Part shown: piece by piece, positions 19,419-30,859 of the stretch
Layout: every line of letters begins with the position of its first letter
How positions within the stretch are numbered: position 1 is the stretch's first letter
Origin: a virus
Strand: one strand, 5' to 3'
Length of the DNA: 64,000 nucleotides
IMG/VR virus record: IMGVR_UViG_3300033153_007277
Span: 6,208 to 70,207 of that record
Position numbers and translations under genes: made by a program
Notes under the pieces: generated by a model
Database searches by the model: none
Seen by the model: the letters and a program-made list of their open reading frames with translations, nothing else
What the model was told of the DNA's origin: nothing

Positions 19419-22400
19419 TTAATTAAAAAGGTTAGATTTTTTACTGCTCTTGGTTTCTAGCCTACCTGTTTCTTTATCAAACTCAATGACTTTGTTTTTT
19501 TTAGCATTTTCAAATAAGCTTAATCCAATTCTATCAGTAGTTGTTTTCCCGGAAGAAGTTTTGTATGTGAATTTTTTCTTAAGCTCGTAATCAGAGAAGC
19601 CTAATTGCTTCATTGACTCGTACTTCTTGTTCATAGTACCTAAGATATCTTTTAGCTTAGCTTCAGTAAATTCAAGTGATTCATCACCATTCTTGTAGTT
19701 ATTGAGAACATTGGAAATAGTTTCTTTAAGAGCCCAATTTGTGAAAGAGTAATTATCAATCATACTATACTCCTTAAGCTTTACACCGACATTTGTATTT
19801 AAGAGTTCATTTTTCCATTTGGTTATTTTACCTCTATCGCTTTTCTTAATATCTTTTTCATCCTTGAATATATCTTCAATTATACCGCTAACATCTCTAT
19901 ATGCTGTTGGCTCCATCCCTTTTGTGAGGTGATATAGCCTATTTGTGATCCAAGACTCGAAGCTTGCGTTGGCGGGAGATATAGGATTACCTCTTTCATC
20001 ATATCCGGTAATTAATTCGAAAACTCTTTTACCAAAAATACTTGGAGAACGATATGGACCAGAAGCTTCTTTAGCAGCTTCGTACATTCCATCAAAAACA
20101 CCGTCTGCCCTGCTTGCAGCTGTAAACATTTTATGGATATTTGAAGATGGATCAACATAAGATAGATCAAAGAATTTAGGATTCTTTTTATCGTCATTCA
20201 TGTATAATCTAGATGAATTTTTAGCCCAAGGAGCCATATTTTCAGCTATAGCTTCATCGTCTTCGTCTGTCAAGCCATGTAGACTCATAAAAAAAGCTCT
20301 TGCGGCTGTTCCAGTTAACATCATAGTAGATAGACCTACCATTCTTCTAGCAGCCTGTTTTCTTAGCTTACTAGCTCTTTCTTTATGTACTTTAGAGTTA
20401 ACATCATCTCCAGCTTCCTTGAGGTCTTTAGCTTTAATAGATTCTTCTTTGGCAGCTTTTGAAAAATTACTAATACTTTTAAGTATGTTCCATTTATTCC
20501 TATATGTTTGGTAATCGAACAAAATGAAATCTGCTATAAATAATGATTTACTCATAGTTTTCAGTAATTCAGGAGACTCTGAATAGGTTGGCTGCTCTAG
20601 TCTAACTAGTTTTGCTGCCTCTTTATCTATTTCTGCATCGGTTTTTGTATCTCCGTAAATATCTTTTAGAGTGTTAACTTCACCCATAAACTGAGATATC
20701 TTAAACATAGCATCAGTTGCCTGATAAGGCTTAGAAAACATCTTCATGAAGTCTGAATAAATCTTCTTACTCTTGACCCTGAGTCCTTCTGTTTTACCAG
20801 TGACAGCTTTAGTGTGATATATCCCTTCTACAATCTCCTCAATAATGCTAGCTTCTACTGACTCATCCATCATTCTCTCCTTAGTCATTCTGATAATTTG
20901 CTTTCGGATATTTTCTTTTGAAGTTCCCTTAAACTTCTCACCCATTGTTAGTGACGCAGCATACAACATACCAAAATAAGGATTCATTAACGACCCTGTA
21001 ATCTTCTGACCCGCGGTCATCTCACTTGCGACAATCGCTGCAGCTTCAAAAAGATGCTTAGGAAGGTGACCGGTAGTACCTAAATTTATAAAGGCACCAA
21101 TCATGTTTCTTGATTGAGAACCAGGGCTCAATATGGTAAGATTTGCTTTTTGATAAGAATTGAGAGTTTTAAATAATGCAGCTACTTCACTTTCTGCTTC
21201 TAATTTAGTTTTACCTTCTGTAACAAATCCTTTCTTAAAAGGAGTTAATATATTTTGAGGTCTATCAAACAATAAAGAATACATTTCCGGAGAAGTCCAA
21301 AGACCGCCAAGTTGTTTGGATTTTTCCTTGCCTATAAACACTGTATTGGTAATATTGTCTTTTGTCTCTGTGAACAAAGTGCCTGTACCATTAGATTTTA
21401 ATTCTGTTTCGAATCTCATTTTCTCTATAAGACCAGACATTTTCATACTTGTTCTAAGGAAATTGGTAGCGGGGTCTGTGTACTCACCGTAAATAACTCT
21501 AATAGCGGGGTCTAGGTCAGCTCTCTTTTTAAGAACACTTAGGTCAGCCTTTTTAACGGTTCCGGTACCAGAACTAGCTAATGCTAATGTCTCTCCTTTC
21601 GTATCTACATCAAGTAAAGATTCTAATATTGATTCAGCATCTGCGGTTGAAATAGAGAAATCGATTAAATCACCTTTGGCAGATAAATTCCCAATAGCTA
21701 TTTGATCGCCTGTTTTACCAGCTTTTCTAGCTACAGCTATTTCGTTGTTTATGACATTAGCTATTTCCTCACCAAACATAACCTCAAATACATTAAATGC
21801 ATCCTCAGAGGGTCTTATTGATTCCCCGAAATTACTTCCAATACCAGATCTATTTGTAAAGTATAAATCGATATCACCAGACGCTGTTTCTTTCCATTCT
21901 ATTCTAGAAATGTTATTGGAACTAAATTTAGATTTTATAGATTTTAAAGCGTCAATTATCTGTTCTTCTGAAAATATCTTTTTATATTTTTTGTGATACT
22001 CCGGAATGTCATATTTCATATATGTTCTATGAATATACATGCCTTCATTTTCATTGAAAGAAACCTCAAGCTCTGTAATATCTTGACCAGCTTCTTTATG
22101 AATTTCTAGTATTTCTTTAGACATTCCGCTAATGAACTCCTTCATTGACTGAACCTCATTTAACAGCTCTTTAGGGACTTTAAGGATACCTGCCTTAGTG
22201 TTTAAAGCCGAACCTACTATATCCCAAACTTCATCTGGATCAACCTTTCCTTCTGGATTACTTTTATAATCTTTCTTGTATTGGTTAAATTTCTTCTGGA
22301 AGTCAATTAACATTAACTGACCTTTCTTTTCTCTCTCAGCTAGGTTTCCTTTGAATTCTCCTTTAGAGTCATACAGCTCACTACTAACCCCTTTTTTTAG

Positions 22401-25400
22401 CCAATGATTTTTCCAGGACTTAAATACCCCCCACTTATTTCTATCAGACAATATAGACCTATCTATTTTAAATGGCATGGTACCTCCTTTGAGTTCTTCT
22501 GATAGTTTTTTACTGGATATATCGGCTAATTTTTCTCCTTTCAATAATTCTTTAGCAGCTAATGTTGTGAAATCATCTAAAGATGTGTTAGCTAGATTTA
22601 TTCTTGGATTGATTTTCATCAACCTGCCTATATATTTAAACAGTTTATTCACCCACTCTTTAAATTTACTTTCGTTTTCGATTAAATCAAGACCTTTGTC
22701 AGCTATAGCTTTTCCTAGAGCTTCGTGAAGAATCTCATTATTATCTGGCATTGTACCATCTTCTTTTCTGTGAGCCAAATCTTTGTAATGCTCTACAGTT
22801 TCTGCATGGTAGGGAGAATCTTTTACTAATTGAATACCTTTATTATAAATAGCTTTAGCTTTTGTTTTAGCTACAACTGTCCATAAGTGAGCAAATTCCT
22901 CAAGCACAGCCCCTTCATTCGCTTTTTCCGGGTTAATATAAATCTCATTTGTAGAGTGATCGTAGAATGCAACATTGTTGGCTATCCTATCTTGACTCCA
23001 TCCATTTGCTTCAACTTTTTTGTCGTATGATTTCTTATCTGAATAGACTCCTATTTCAGGGAACGCTTTTTCAAGTCTGTTTATCAAAGTGGATATGAAC
23101 TTAGAAGCACGGGCAGAATTAGATCTCTGTTCGGATGTTTTCTTTTCAACAACAATATTTGGAGATTGAGTATCCTCGTATTTGATGTCTTCTTCAGCGG
23201 CTTTCTCTATATCTTTCTGCTTTGATAATTTTTCTTTGTATTTATCAGAGACCTCAGACATTTTTTTGATTAATGCACTCTTCTTTTCCGCAGGAAGATC
23301 AGATGATTTTATCTGGTTGGTTATGGTGTTTTCAATGCCAGTACCATTGATTTTTATACCTAATGGCTTACCACCATTATCTACGAGATTAGATGCTTTT
23401 TCTATAGCAGATTCGAATGTGTCAGTAGTGAGATCTTTACTCTTAATTACTTCCGGTTTTTGCTTTTGGGTAATTTTTGTTGCAGCAGCTTTTTTAGCAG
23501 CTTCAGATCTTTTAGCAAACTCTTTCTTTTTTTCTTTTTTAGCCATCTCAGCTTTCGAAACTGTTGCTGATGCTACAGACGATACTTTACGAGAAGCATC
23601 TTCCATTTTCTTATTGGCATCTACATACGCATCTGGATTAACCATTCTTACAGAAGGAGATAACTCTCTAGCTTCTCTGTATGACTCGTAAGCAGCTTTA
23701 TAATCCTTAGATTTTTCATGAGCCTTACCTTCTGATATTTTTAAATCATATTCTTTAACAGATTCTTGAGTAGTTTTTAACCCTTTCTTCGCTTGCTGCT
23801 CCGCTATTTTAGCAGTTTCAGCTTCTTTAATTTTCTCTTCACCTTCAATCTTAGTAATCGATTGGACAAAGTTATTAACTGTTTCATTGTCTTTAATATA
23901 TTCTTTGGCAATAGCAGGAAGTGTCTTTCCTTTAGTGCCTAATTCTTCATTGACTTTACTTATAAATTCAGGTGTCTTTTTGCCGTAAGCTTGATTAACG
24001 GACCTGGTAACCCTTTTACTTGATGCTTCCTGAGCTTTTCGCTCTGCAGATCCTTTCGATTTTCCTTCAGCTTTTTCTGCAGCTTTAATATGGCTGAATG
24101 CCTCAATCTTTAATTTGGAAACTTCTGGACTTATCTTTTGTTTTCCAACAAGAACTTCTTTGGCCTTTTTCTGGCCCTTAACTTTTGCAGCAGGAGCAAT
24201 GATTTCCTCTTCTTTAGGGAACGGAACTCCTTCTTCTAGCCCTTCTGTTTTGGCCCTTTTTTCAGATTCCATATATTCAGACACGGCTTTGGGACTAACT
24301 CCTAATTCCTTTGCCGCAGCTTTAAACTCATCTCTAGCTTTCTTTTCAACTTTAGCTTTTCCAACTGCACCACCTTCTATGGTGGCGACATCAGTGTCGT
24401 AAGCATCAACTAAATTGCTATGAAGTTTCTTTATGTTATCGTCTTTAGCTGCCTCAACTACAGCTTCTTTTTTATCCGTCAGCTCTATATCCGAAACCTC
24501 TTCTTTTACTTCTTTCTTTTTGATTTCTTCAGCAACTTCTACTTTCTTAACAGGTTCAACACCTTCAACTACTTTTTCAGCAACTTTTTCAACAGGCTTC
24601 TCAACTTTTCTTTTAACTCCAAGAGTCTCTTCAAGTTCAACATCCTCTGTCGGAAGAACGGGAGCAGCTTCACCTAATCCAACGCCTTCTTCAGATAATT
24701 GAGCTTCAAGTTGACTGTATTGTTGCTGAAGAGCTTCTATTATTTCTGGGTCAGCTTTTTTCTGCTGAAGAGTATTTATTACAGCTCCACCTATTTTAAG
24801 GTTAAAGGCAGTACTAAACATCATACTTATTATTCCGGTGGTGGCAAGCTTTTTCGTAAACTCATCACCAGTTTCTCCAAATGTTTTGTCAAATGCCTTA
24901 CTCCAATTATATCCTGTCTTATTAAGTTCATCTGTAAATTCACCGACAAACTCACTGATAGTTTCAGTAGTGGTACCGCCACCTATCTTAGCTAAATTTT
25001 CTATAATTATACCCCATTTTCCTCCGTATTTCTTAGCTATATTAAGTCCACCAACTATCTTTGATGCAGCACCCTCTCCAAACCCCATTGAAGCAGTTAT
25101 GTCTTCTGATGAAGTAAGCCCATATACAAATGCTCCTTCAAGCCCACCTGATATGGTGTTGTATACAAATCTACCAGCTCTTCCACTTTTCTGAGTCAAA
25201 GCTGTCTTGACAATATTCATCGCCTTAGAAGCTCTGGATAATTTTGATACACCTGCAACTACAGGAGTGGCTATTATACTGGTTAATATAAGCTCTGTCA
25301 TTGCGGGTATAGAACTACCTATTCCTTCTGCTACAGCTGTTGACAAATCTTCTTCAATTATAGATTCTTGCTCTTCAGAAAGACGAACGCCCATTGACTT

Positions 25401-27551
25401 GAGCTGATTAATAGAATTTTTCGCGACATCAGCATCACTATCAACTTCACCTCCAAAGCCTTCAAATGCACCTTCTACCATGCTCTCTATGAATCCACCG
25501 ACTCCTTCTCTTAAAGTGCCTCCAGTAAATGTCTTTCTACCTGAAGGATCTTGATTGAGCATTACCATATAATTTAACGCATCAAAATCCTTTTTAGCTT
25601 CATCGTATGCTGACTTTCTCGATTCTAATTGTTTTTTGCTGACATCTCCATGAGGAACTATTTTTGTATAAATGTCTGGTTTTTGTGAACCAACAAAATC
25701 CCTAGTAGACATATCCATTGAAAATATTCTTCCACCTTTTTCCCCGAGCTCATTCATCTCGTAATTAAGTGGCTCATCAAATAGCTTTTCAAAATGCTTT
25801 AACCTAGCCATCGATTCCTGCCACTTTGAAACAAGTATGTCAACTGGCATGGTTTTATATTTTGCAGCAGCTTTAATGACTACATCTTGATATGTTTTAT
25901 CTTCCACATCTCCAACGTGTTTCCATGTTCCGTCATTAATGTCGTACATTTCTTTAGGACTATCCTGAAGTAATTTTATTTGCTTACTTAATGAAGCAAC
26001 TTCATTCATTTTTTCAATCCTATTTGCTACATCACCTTCTTTTGGTTTTGTTGTATTTATCTCCAGTCTAAGTCTATTAACTTTGTCTTGAAGTGAAAAT
26101 AACTGCCTTTGCTCATCGCTCAAGTGGGACATGGCATATTCCATATCTTTATTCACCTCTTGCATTTTTATAGCCTCAATAACATCAGCGTCTTGCCCAG
26201 AAAGGTTCACCCCATTATCTCGGGCTATTGTTCTGACACGTTCTTTTATTGTATAAGGCAATGAAGCCTGATTTGTTTTCGAAAACTTAATGTTTTGCCA
26301 AGCAGAATTAAATGTGGATTCATCTACATCTACACCTTTATCTCTTTTTATAAGAGCGATTATAGATGCGGCATCCTCATCTTTAAGTAATGATATTTTA
26401 TCGTTACTTTTCCCGTCTAATAATTCTTTTAAATAATCCTCAGTACTGTGTATGTCTTGTTGGATTCCATTTTTCCTTATGTTTTCATACCTTTCTGCCA
26501 TCTCATCAGAGGTAAGAAATATTGGACCTTCTTCACCTTCTGGCTGTAAGCTTAGTCCAGTTGAATTATAATCAGGATGAAGTAGCTTCAATTCCCTTAT
26601 TGCAGAAGCTTTAGTGTGGCCTTGTTTAAATGGATTCTCATTGTACAAATCTATATAGTCAGAAAGCCAAGCCTCTTCTTTGTGAGCTTCAGTTAAGTTC
26701 TCGCTAACGATTTCTTTCCTGATTCTAGATAAATCCTTTTCTTCTTTGTATTCTAAAGGAACATTTCCAATAACGCTTGATAAGGCTGTTTCTTCAGTCT
26801 CCTCTGGCTTGTATTCCTCGCCACTTTCTCTAGTTAAATCCTCTTCCTGTTTTTTAAGCCCTGAAGCTCTTCCCGATGCTTGAGTTAATATCTCCCTCTT
26901 ATTAGCACTCCTCTCTGCTTCTTCTTTTTCTACGAGGATATCGTATTCGGTTTTCTTTTCATCCGGCTTAATAGCAAAAGCTTCATCAAATACTCTCTGA
27001 GCTTTATCCACCTCGTCAATAACAGCATCGTCAGCTAAAGCGTTAGCTTCGTCTTTTGATCCAGAAGACATTTCTGCTTGATGAACATCTTCAATTGGTC
27101 TATCTACTGGGTATAATAAGCTTTTAAATTCATCAAAATCTTTACCAAGCTGTATGTCTGTCTCTTTTCCATACGTAGACATAGCAAGTTGTTTCCGTAG
27201 ATTCTTTAGAAGTTCATCATTTCCGCTAGATTTAGATATCATATTATCTAGAGTAATGTTCTTGTCAAATCCTTCTAGATTACTAACATGGCTATATATA
27301 TTATCCCAGTTAGGATTTTTCTTTTGAGGTACTGGAAGTGGTATTGGATCTCCCTCTTGCTTAGTAGGTTGAGAAACCTCTTCAGTAGAGCTAACCAAAC
27401 CTTGTTCTGGGACTGCTTGAGTTCCGGAAACTAAAGGGGATTGCTCGGTAACAGGTACCTTTACATTTTTATCAAAACGATCCGTATCTTTAGATATTTC
27501 ATGTACTTCTGGTGCATTTCCAGTTTGAGTATTTGTCACATCTACTGCCAT
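19419..27551 (-). CDS. giant internal virion/ejection protein (2710 aa, polyvalent-protein-like)
   Basis: Size and position; central Gly/Ala-rich hydrophobic segment; zincin-like IYIN...EEFAHLW...EALG. Confidence 0.7.
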   Translation of the reverse strand: MAVDVTNTQTGNAPEVHEISKDTDRFDKNVKVPVTEQSPLVSGTQAVPEQGLVSSTEEVSQPTKQEGDPIPLPVPQKKNPNWDNIYSHVSNLEGFDKNITLDNMISKSSGNDELLKNLRKQLAMSTYGKETDIQLGKDFDEFKSLLYPVDRPIEDVHQAEMSSGSKDEANALADDAVIDEVDKAQRVFDEAFAIKPDEKKTEYDILVEKEEAERSANKREILTQASGRASGLKKQEEDLTRESGEEYKPEETEETALSSVIGNVPLEYKEEKDLSRIRKEIVSENLTEAHKEEAWLSDYIDLYNENPFKQGHTKASAIRELKLLHPDYNSTGLSLQPEGEEGPIFLTSDEMAERYENIRKNGIQQDIHSTEDYLKELLDGKSNDKISLLKDEDAASIIALIKRDKGVDVDESTFNSAWQNIKFSKTNQASLPYTIKERVRTIARDNGVNLSGQDADVIEAIKMQEVNKDMEYAMSHLSDEQRQLFSLQDKVNRLRLEINTTKPKEGDVANRIEKMNEVASLSKQIKLLQDSPKEMYDINDGTWKHVGDVEDKTYQDVVIKAAAKYKTMPVDILVSKWQESMARLKHFEKLFDEPLNYEMNELGEKGGRIFSMDMSTRDFVGSQKPDIYTKIVPHGDVSKKQLESRKSAYDEAKKDFDALNYMVMLNQDPSGRKTFTGGTLREGVGGFIESMVEGAFEGFGGEVDSDADVAKNSINQLKSMGVRLSEEQESIIEEDLSTAVAEGIGSSIPAMTELILTSIIATPVVAGVSKLSRASKAMNIVKTALTQKSGRAGRFVYNTISGGLEGAFVYGLTSSEDITASMGFGEGAASKIVGGLNIAKKYGGKWGIIIENLAKIGGGTTTETISEFVGEFTDELNKTGYNWSKAFDKTFGETGDEFTKKLATTGIISMMFSTAFNLKIGGAVINTLQQKKADPEIIEALQQQYSQLEAQLSEEGVGLGEAAPVLPTEDVELEETLGVKRKVEKPVEKVAEKVVEGVEPVKKVEVAEEIKKKEVKEEVSDIELTDKKEAVVEAAKDDNIKKLHSNLVDAYDTDVATIEGGAVGKAKVEKKARDEFKAAAKELGVSPKAVSEYMESEKRAKTEGLEEGVPFPKEEEIIAPAAKVKGQKKAKEVLVGKQKISPEVSKLKIEAFSHIKAAEKAEGKSKGSAERKAQEASSKRVTRSVNQAYGKKTPEFISKVNEELGTKGKTLPAIAKEYIKDNETVNNFVQSITKIEGEEKIKEAETAKIAEQQAKKGLKTTQESVKEYDLKISEGKAHEKSKDYKAAYESYREARELSPSVRMVNPDAYVDANKKMEDASRKVSSVASATVSKAEMAKKEKKKEFAKRSEAAKKAAATKITQKQKPEVIKSKDLTTDTFESAIEKASNLVDNGGKPLGIKINGTGIENTITNQIKSSDLPAEKKSALIKKMSEVSDKYKEKLSKQKDIEKAAEEDIKYEDTQSPNIVVEKKTSEQRSNSARASKFISTLINRLEKAFPEIGVYSDKKSYDKKVEANGWSQDRIANNVAFYDHSTNEIYINPEKANEGAVLEEFAHLWTVVAKTKAKAIYNKGIQLVKDSPYHAETVEHYKDLAHRKEDGTMPDNNEILHEALGKAIADKGLDLIENESKFKEWVNKLFKYIGRLMKINPRINLANTSLDDFTTLAAKELLKGEKLADISSKKLSEELKGGTMPFKIDRSILSDRNKWGVFKSWKNHWLKKGVSSELYDSKGEFKGNLAEREKKGQLMLIDFQKKFNQYKKDYKSNPEGKVDPDEVWDIVGSALNTKAGILKVPKELLNEVQSMKEFISGMSKEILEIHKEAGQDITELEVSFNENEGMYIHRTYMKYDIPEYHKKYKKIFSEEQIIDALKSIKSKFSSNNISRIEWKETASGDIDLYFTNRSGIGSNFGESIRPSEDAFNVFEVMFGEEIANVINNEIAVARKAGKTGDQIAIGNLSAKGDLIDFSISTADAESILESLLDVDTKGETLALASSGTGTVKKADLSVLKKRADLDPAIRVIYGEYTDPATNFLRTSMKMSGLIEKMRFETELKSNGTGTLFTETKDNITNTVFIGKEKSKQLGGLWTSPEMYSLLFDRPQNILTPFKKGFVTEGKTKLEAESEVAALFKTLNSYQKANLTILSPGSQSRNMIGAFINLGTTGHLPKHLFEAAAIVASEMTAGQKITGSLMNPYFGMLYAASLTMGEKFKGTSKENIRKQIIRMTKERMMDESVEASIIEEIVEGIYHTKAVTGKTEGLRVKSKKIYSDFMKMFSKPYQATDAMFKISQFMGEVNTLKDIYGDTKTDAEIDKEAAKLVRLEQPTYSESPELLKTMSKSLFIADFILFDYQTYRNKWNILKSISNFSKAAKEESIKAKDLKEAGDDVNSKVHKERASKLRKQAARRMVGLSTMMLTGTAARAFFMSLHGLTDEDDEAIAENMAPWAKNSSRLYMNDDKKNPKFFDLSYVDPSSNIHKMFTAASRADGVFDGMYEAAKEASGPYRSPSIFGKRVFELITGYDERGNPISPANASFESWITNRLYHLTKGMEPTAYRDVSGIIEDIFKDEKDIKKSDRGKITKWKNELLNTNVGVKLKEYSMIDNYSFTNWALKETISNVLNNYKNGDESLEFTEAKLKDILGTMNKKYESMKQLGFSDYELKKKFTYKTSSGKTTTDRIGLSLFENAKKNKVIEFDKETGRLETKSSKKSNLFN

Positions 27552-27553
27552 TA

Positions 27554-30178
27554 TTATTCGCTATATAAATTAGAAATATCACTTCCTGCAGGGTATGACA
27601 CACTGCTTTCTTCAACTCTAGATCCAGGTACGTCAGGATCAACTAAGTTTAAATCTTTAGTTGCTTTAGTCAATGAGGATCCTGCTAAGGCATTTTCATT
27701 TTTATTGTCAATATTATATCTGTAAACAACTTGAGGAGTTGAATAAGACTTTTTCTTAGTAGCTGTTTTAGTGTACACAGATGCGTCTTGAGGAAGTCCT
27801 TTTTCTTTTGCTTCAGCATTTAGTTCATCAGCTATCTCTTGAGCTTCCGCCCTGCTTCCTCTCTCTTCTCCTCCAGCTACGTAAACTGACACTTTGCCTT
27901 TTTCTCCGGCCAACTCTTCTTCAGTTTCGTATGATGATGAGTAATTTTCAGTGTACATGTTAAATGCATCCTCCCTATTTTCTCCAAAATCATCCATTCC
28001 AAGCTCAACTCTTTCTCCTTCTCTATTTATGCCATAACTATGTTCGGCTGAATTTATCTTTATGCTTAATTTTTGGTCAGGATTAAGGTTAATCATTCCT
28101 GCCAATTCTGGATGGTCTGATTCAAACTCACTATTTGATGCATAATCTTTTCTGGCATTAACCGCTAATCTAACAGCATCATTGTAGTTGTAAAGCTTTC
28201 TGCCTATCATGTAAGAAGCAGAGCTTGCTGGTACATCAAACTTGTTTTTCTTTTGCTCATTAGTCAATGGAACACTACCCGCTAATCTATTTGGATTATC
28301 AGGGTCTATGACAGCTTCAAATCCCATGTGGCTTGTATAATCACGCCTGACATCGTTTGGTTCTGTTATTCCTTGGTTAAGAAGAGCTGAGCTTCTTTCT
28401 AAATCTAATTTAGATTTCTCGTTAGCTATGGATCTATCGCCATCAACTATATTTGTCAGTAAAGTAGTTTTAGAGTCAGCATACTTCTTTTTCTGAAACG
28501 CCATTTTCTCTCTAAATTGCCCTTGTTTGGTGACGATATTTGTTAATCTTTCGGTGAGTCTATCGGCAAATAAAGACATGGTATAGTCAATATACCCTTG
28601 TCTTCTAGAGACTCTTTCCTTTTCATTTAAACCTAAATATATTTTATTTTGATCTAATTCAGTATCAACAATCTCTTCTATTGATTTTAGATCCATGAAC
28701 TCTCTTGATATAGTATATATATTGTCGTAATTAGGACTCTTAAGCTTAGTTATAGCTTGATTTATACTGTTGGCAGTTTCTTTGCTGTTCCAATCTATAT
28801 CGGTCCTCATAGGCACCTTATCCAACTTAAGATCTTTGTATTTTTCTAACACATGAGTTGCGCTAGTATATGTTTGAACACCTTGCTCTAATTCATTGAA
28901 TTTTCTTTTGTCTTTTTTGAAATCACTCATTGATAACGCACCGGAGTTCCACATCGATTGCAATTTCCTAGCAAATTTAGGTACATGCTTCTTTTCATCC
29001 AACTCATCTTTCATCATCTGCTTAACAAGATTGTCTGTCATTTTTGTTCTAGTTGCAAATGTCTGTAATTCATTAACTTCTTTGAACCACTCTCTACCGA
29101 GAGCACTTGACGGATCAGTAAGCATTGAAAAATCACCGCCTGTAAGGTCCATGTATTTTTCTATAAGATCAGAAGACATATCATCTACCTGATGCTGTAT
29201 AGGAACAGCACCTTTAGCATATGCCATCTCCAAAATCTTTCTTTTATTGGCGGCTTTCTCTTTTCCTGCTTTTTCCAATGCTCTTTTTCTAGCATCAATT
29301 ATTCCTATAGGCATTCTTCCACCTCCTGCAACATATATGTCACTTGTGCCTATTATGCTTCCGCTGTAAGATCCAACTCTGAGAGGTCTGTTTAAATCTG
29401 GATAATATTGCTGCACACCCATCTTTTCTATAGCTGGTTCTCTAGCATTTATTTTAGCACCTTTCAACTGATCCCTATATTCTTTTGCTTTAGCATATAT
29501 ATCAGGATCTCCTTGGGCATAATCATAAATAGCAGCGTCTGACTCATTTATTATGTCATCGGTTGTTAAAAAACTTTCAGTAACTATTTCTGGAGAAATA
29601 TCGGTATCATCTTCAGTTATATAATCAAGGAGTTTTTTTGAATCTTTAACTCCTTCAACCTCCATATTTACAGCTTCATCAAGATTTGACATAGCATCTA
29701 TATCTTGATCGTAAGCATTCATGTTTCCAGCTCTATTTCCGTCTATAACATCTGTTACGGCTTTAAGTTCAATTTTCTCATTACCATCTACAGTAGGGCT
29801 TTTGCCATATACATTTGTGCCTATTATATTAGATGGTTGCACGATACCTTCTCCTGACGGCTGAGCAAGAGGGTTTGAATAAGTTTGATGAGTAATAGTC
29901 TCTACGCCAGTAGCATCTGTTACGGCTTTCAATTTAGGTTCTGTAGCTGGTTTTTCACCAAACGCAGGAAGTTCTCCGGTTTTTTTAAATTCCCTGATTT
30001 CTTGTTTGGCAGCTTTTTTAGCACTGATATCTTTTGGCTGGGCTTTCTGTCTTCTTTTAAATTCTTTTTTACCAGCATCAATAATAGAGACATCAACACC
30101 CGAACGCTTAACGCCTTCCATTTCCATTTCCTCTCGCTCTTTAGCAGACAGGTCTTCGTATTTTCTTTTCTTAGCCAT
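27554..30178 (-). CDS. internal virion/ejection protein
   Basis: 874 aa charged helical protein between muzzle and giant protein. Confidence 0.6.
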   Translation of the reverse strand: MAKKRKYEDLSAKEREEMEMEGVKRSGVDVSIIDAGKKEFKRRQKAQPKDISAKKAAKQEIREFKKTGELPAFGEKPATEPKLKAVTDATGVETITHQTYSNPLAQPSGEGIVQPSNIIGTNVYGKSPTVDGNEKIELKAVTDVIDGNRAGNMNAYDQDIDAMSNLDEAVNMEVEGVKDSKKLLDYITEDDTDISPEIVTESFLTTDDIINESDAAIYDYAQGDPDIYAKAKEYRDQLKGAKINAREPAIEKMGVQQYYPDLNRPLRVGSYSGSIIGTSDIYVAGGGRMPIGIIDARKRALEKAGKEKAANKRKILEMAYAKGAVPIQHQVDDMSSDLIEKYMDLTGGDFSMLTDPSSALGREWFKEVNELQTFATRTKMTDNLVKQMMKDELDEKKHVPKFARKLQSMWNSGALSMSDFKKDKRKFNELEQGVQTYTSATHVLEKYKDLKLDKVPMRTDIDWNSKETANSINQAITKLKSPNYDNIYTISREFMDLKSIEEIVDTELDQNKIYLGLNEKERVSRRQGYIDYTMSLFADRLTERLTNIVTKQGQFREKMAFQKKKYADSKTTLLTNIVDGDRSIANEKSKLDLERSSALLNQGITEPNDVRRDYTSHMGFEAVIDPDNPNRLAGSVPLTNEQKKNKFDVPASSASYMIGRKLYNYNDAVRLAVNARKDYASNSEFESDHPELAGMINLNPDQKLSIKINSAEHSYGINREGERVELGMDDFGENREDAFNMYTENYSSSYETEEELAGEKGKVSVYVAGGEERGSRAEAQEIADELNAEAKEKGLPQDASVYTKTATKKKSYSTPQVVYRYNIDNKNENALAGSSLTKATKDLNLVDPDVPGSRVEESSVSYPAGSDISNLYSE

Positions 30179-30188
30179 CTATCAAATA

Positions 30189-30854
30189 TTACATAGTAGC
30201 ACCACCGCCACCACTACTAGCAGCACCACCAGTAGCATCACCACCGCCACCACCATCTCCTCCAGAACTTTTACCGCCACCCATACTACCAAGTATTTGC
30301 GCCATTCCGGTATTTTTCTTCTCTTTTCTGTCTTGCTCTTTTTGAGCCTCTCTAGCCTGTATAGTGTTGTATTTAAGCATACCTAACTCAAGCTTTCTTT
30401 GAGATATACGTGTTAATTGTTGTTGAGCTTGTTGGCTGTACTGAAGTGCTTTATCTTGACCTTGTTGACCTAAACCTAGCATAGCTTGATTAAACATAGA
30501 TTGCATCATGTTCAGACCTCTAGTGCCTCCACCTGCTGCTATCGATTTACTCATTCCGGACTGCATCATTGAAGCCAAAGCATCTCTGTTGGCTTTCATA
30601 GCTGTTCCTGTCTGGAAAGCTCTACGCTGTCTTTTAGTATAATTTAAAGCTGCTCGTTCTTCAGGATCTTCTCTTCCTGGTAAGGCTTCATCTCCTTTCT
30701 TTTTTTTGAACATTCTTGTTGCCCATATAGGAAGAGGGTTTAAGTATGCTTTAGCATATTCACCAGCCCCACCACCTTGTTCTTTAGCTAATTCTGACCT
30801 GCCTGTTACATCTCCTATTCCGTGCTGTACTATTGCTGCCCATGGTGCTGCCAT
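30189..30854 (-). CDS. small ejection (pilot-like) protein
   Basis: Gln/Ala/Gly-rich; directly after the muzzle gene as in podoviruses. Confidence 0.6.
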   Translation of the reverse strand: MAAPWAAIVQHGIGDVTGRSELAKEQGGGAGEYAKAYLNPLPIWATRMFKKKKGDEALPGREDPEERAALNYTKRQRRAFQTGTAMKANRDALASMMQSGMSKSIAAGGGTRGLNMMQSMFNQAMLGLGQQGQDKALQYSQQAQQQLTRISQRKLELGMLKYNTIQAREAQKEQDRKEKKNTGMAQILGSMGGGKSSGGDGGGGGDATGGAASSGGGGATM

Positions 30855-30859
30855 AATTT

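Noticed and set aside
25428-25445. DxDxD (VDSDAD) in the giant protein as an RNA polymerase active site
   Set aside because: Lacks the aromatic D(F/Y)DxD context and lies next to a Gly/Ala-rich helical region
19945-30386. Numerous + strand ORFs antisense to the cargo genes (also 2262..2672 on - and similar shadows)
   Set aside because: Ser/Phe/Leu-rich mirror images of Lys/Glu-rich sense genes, with no independent signals
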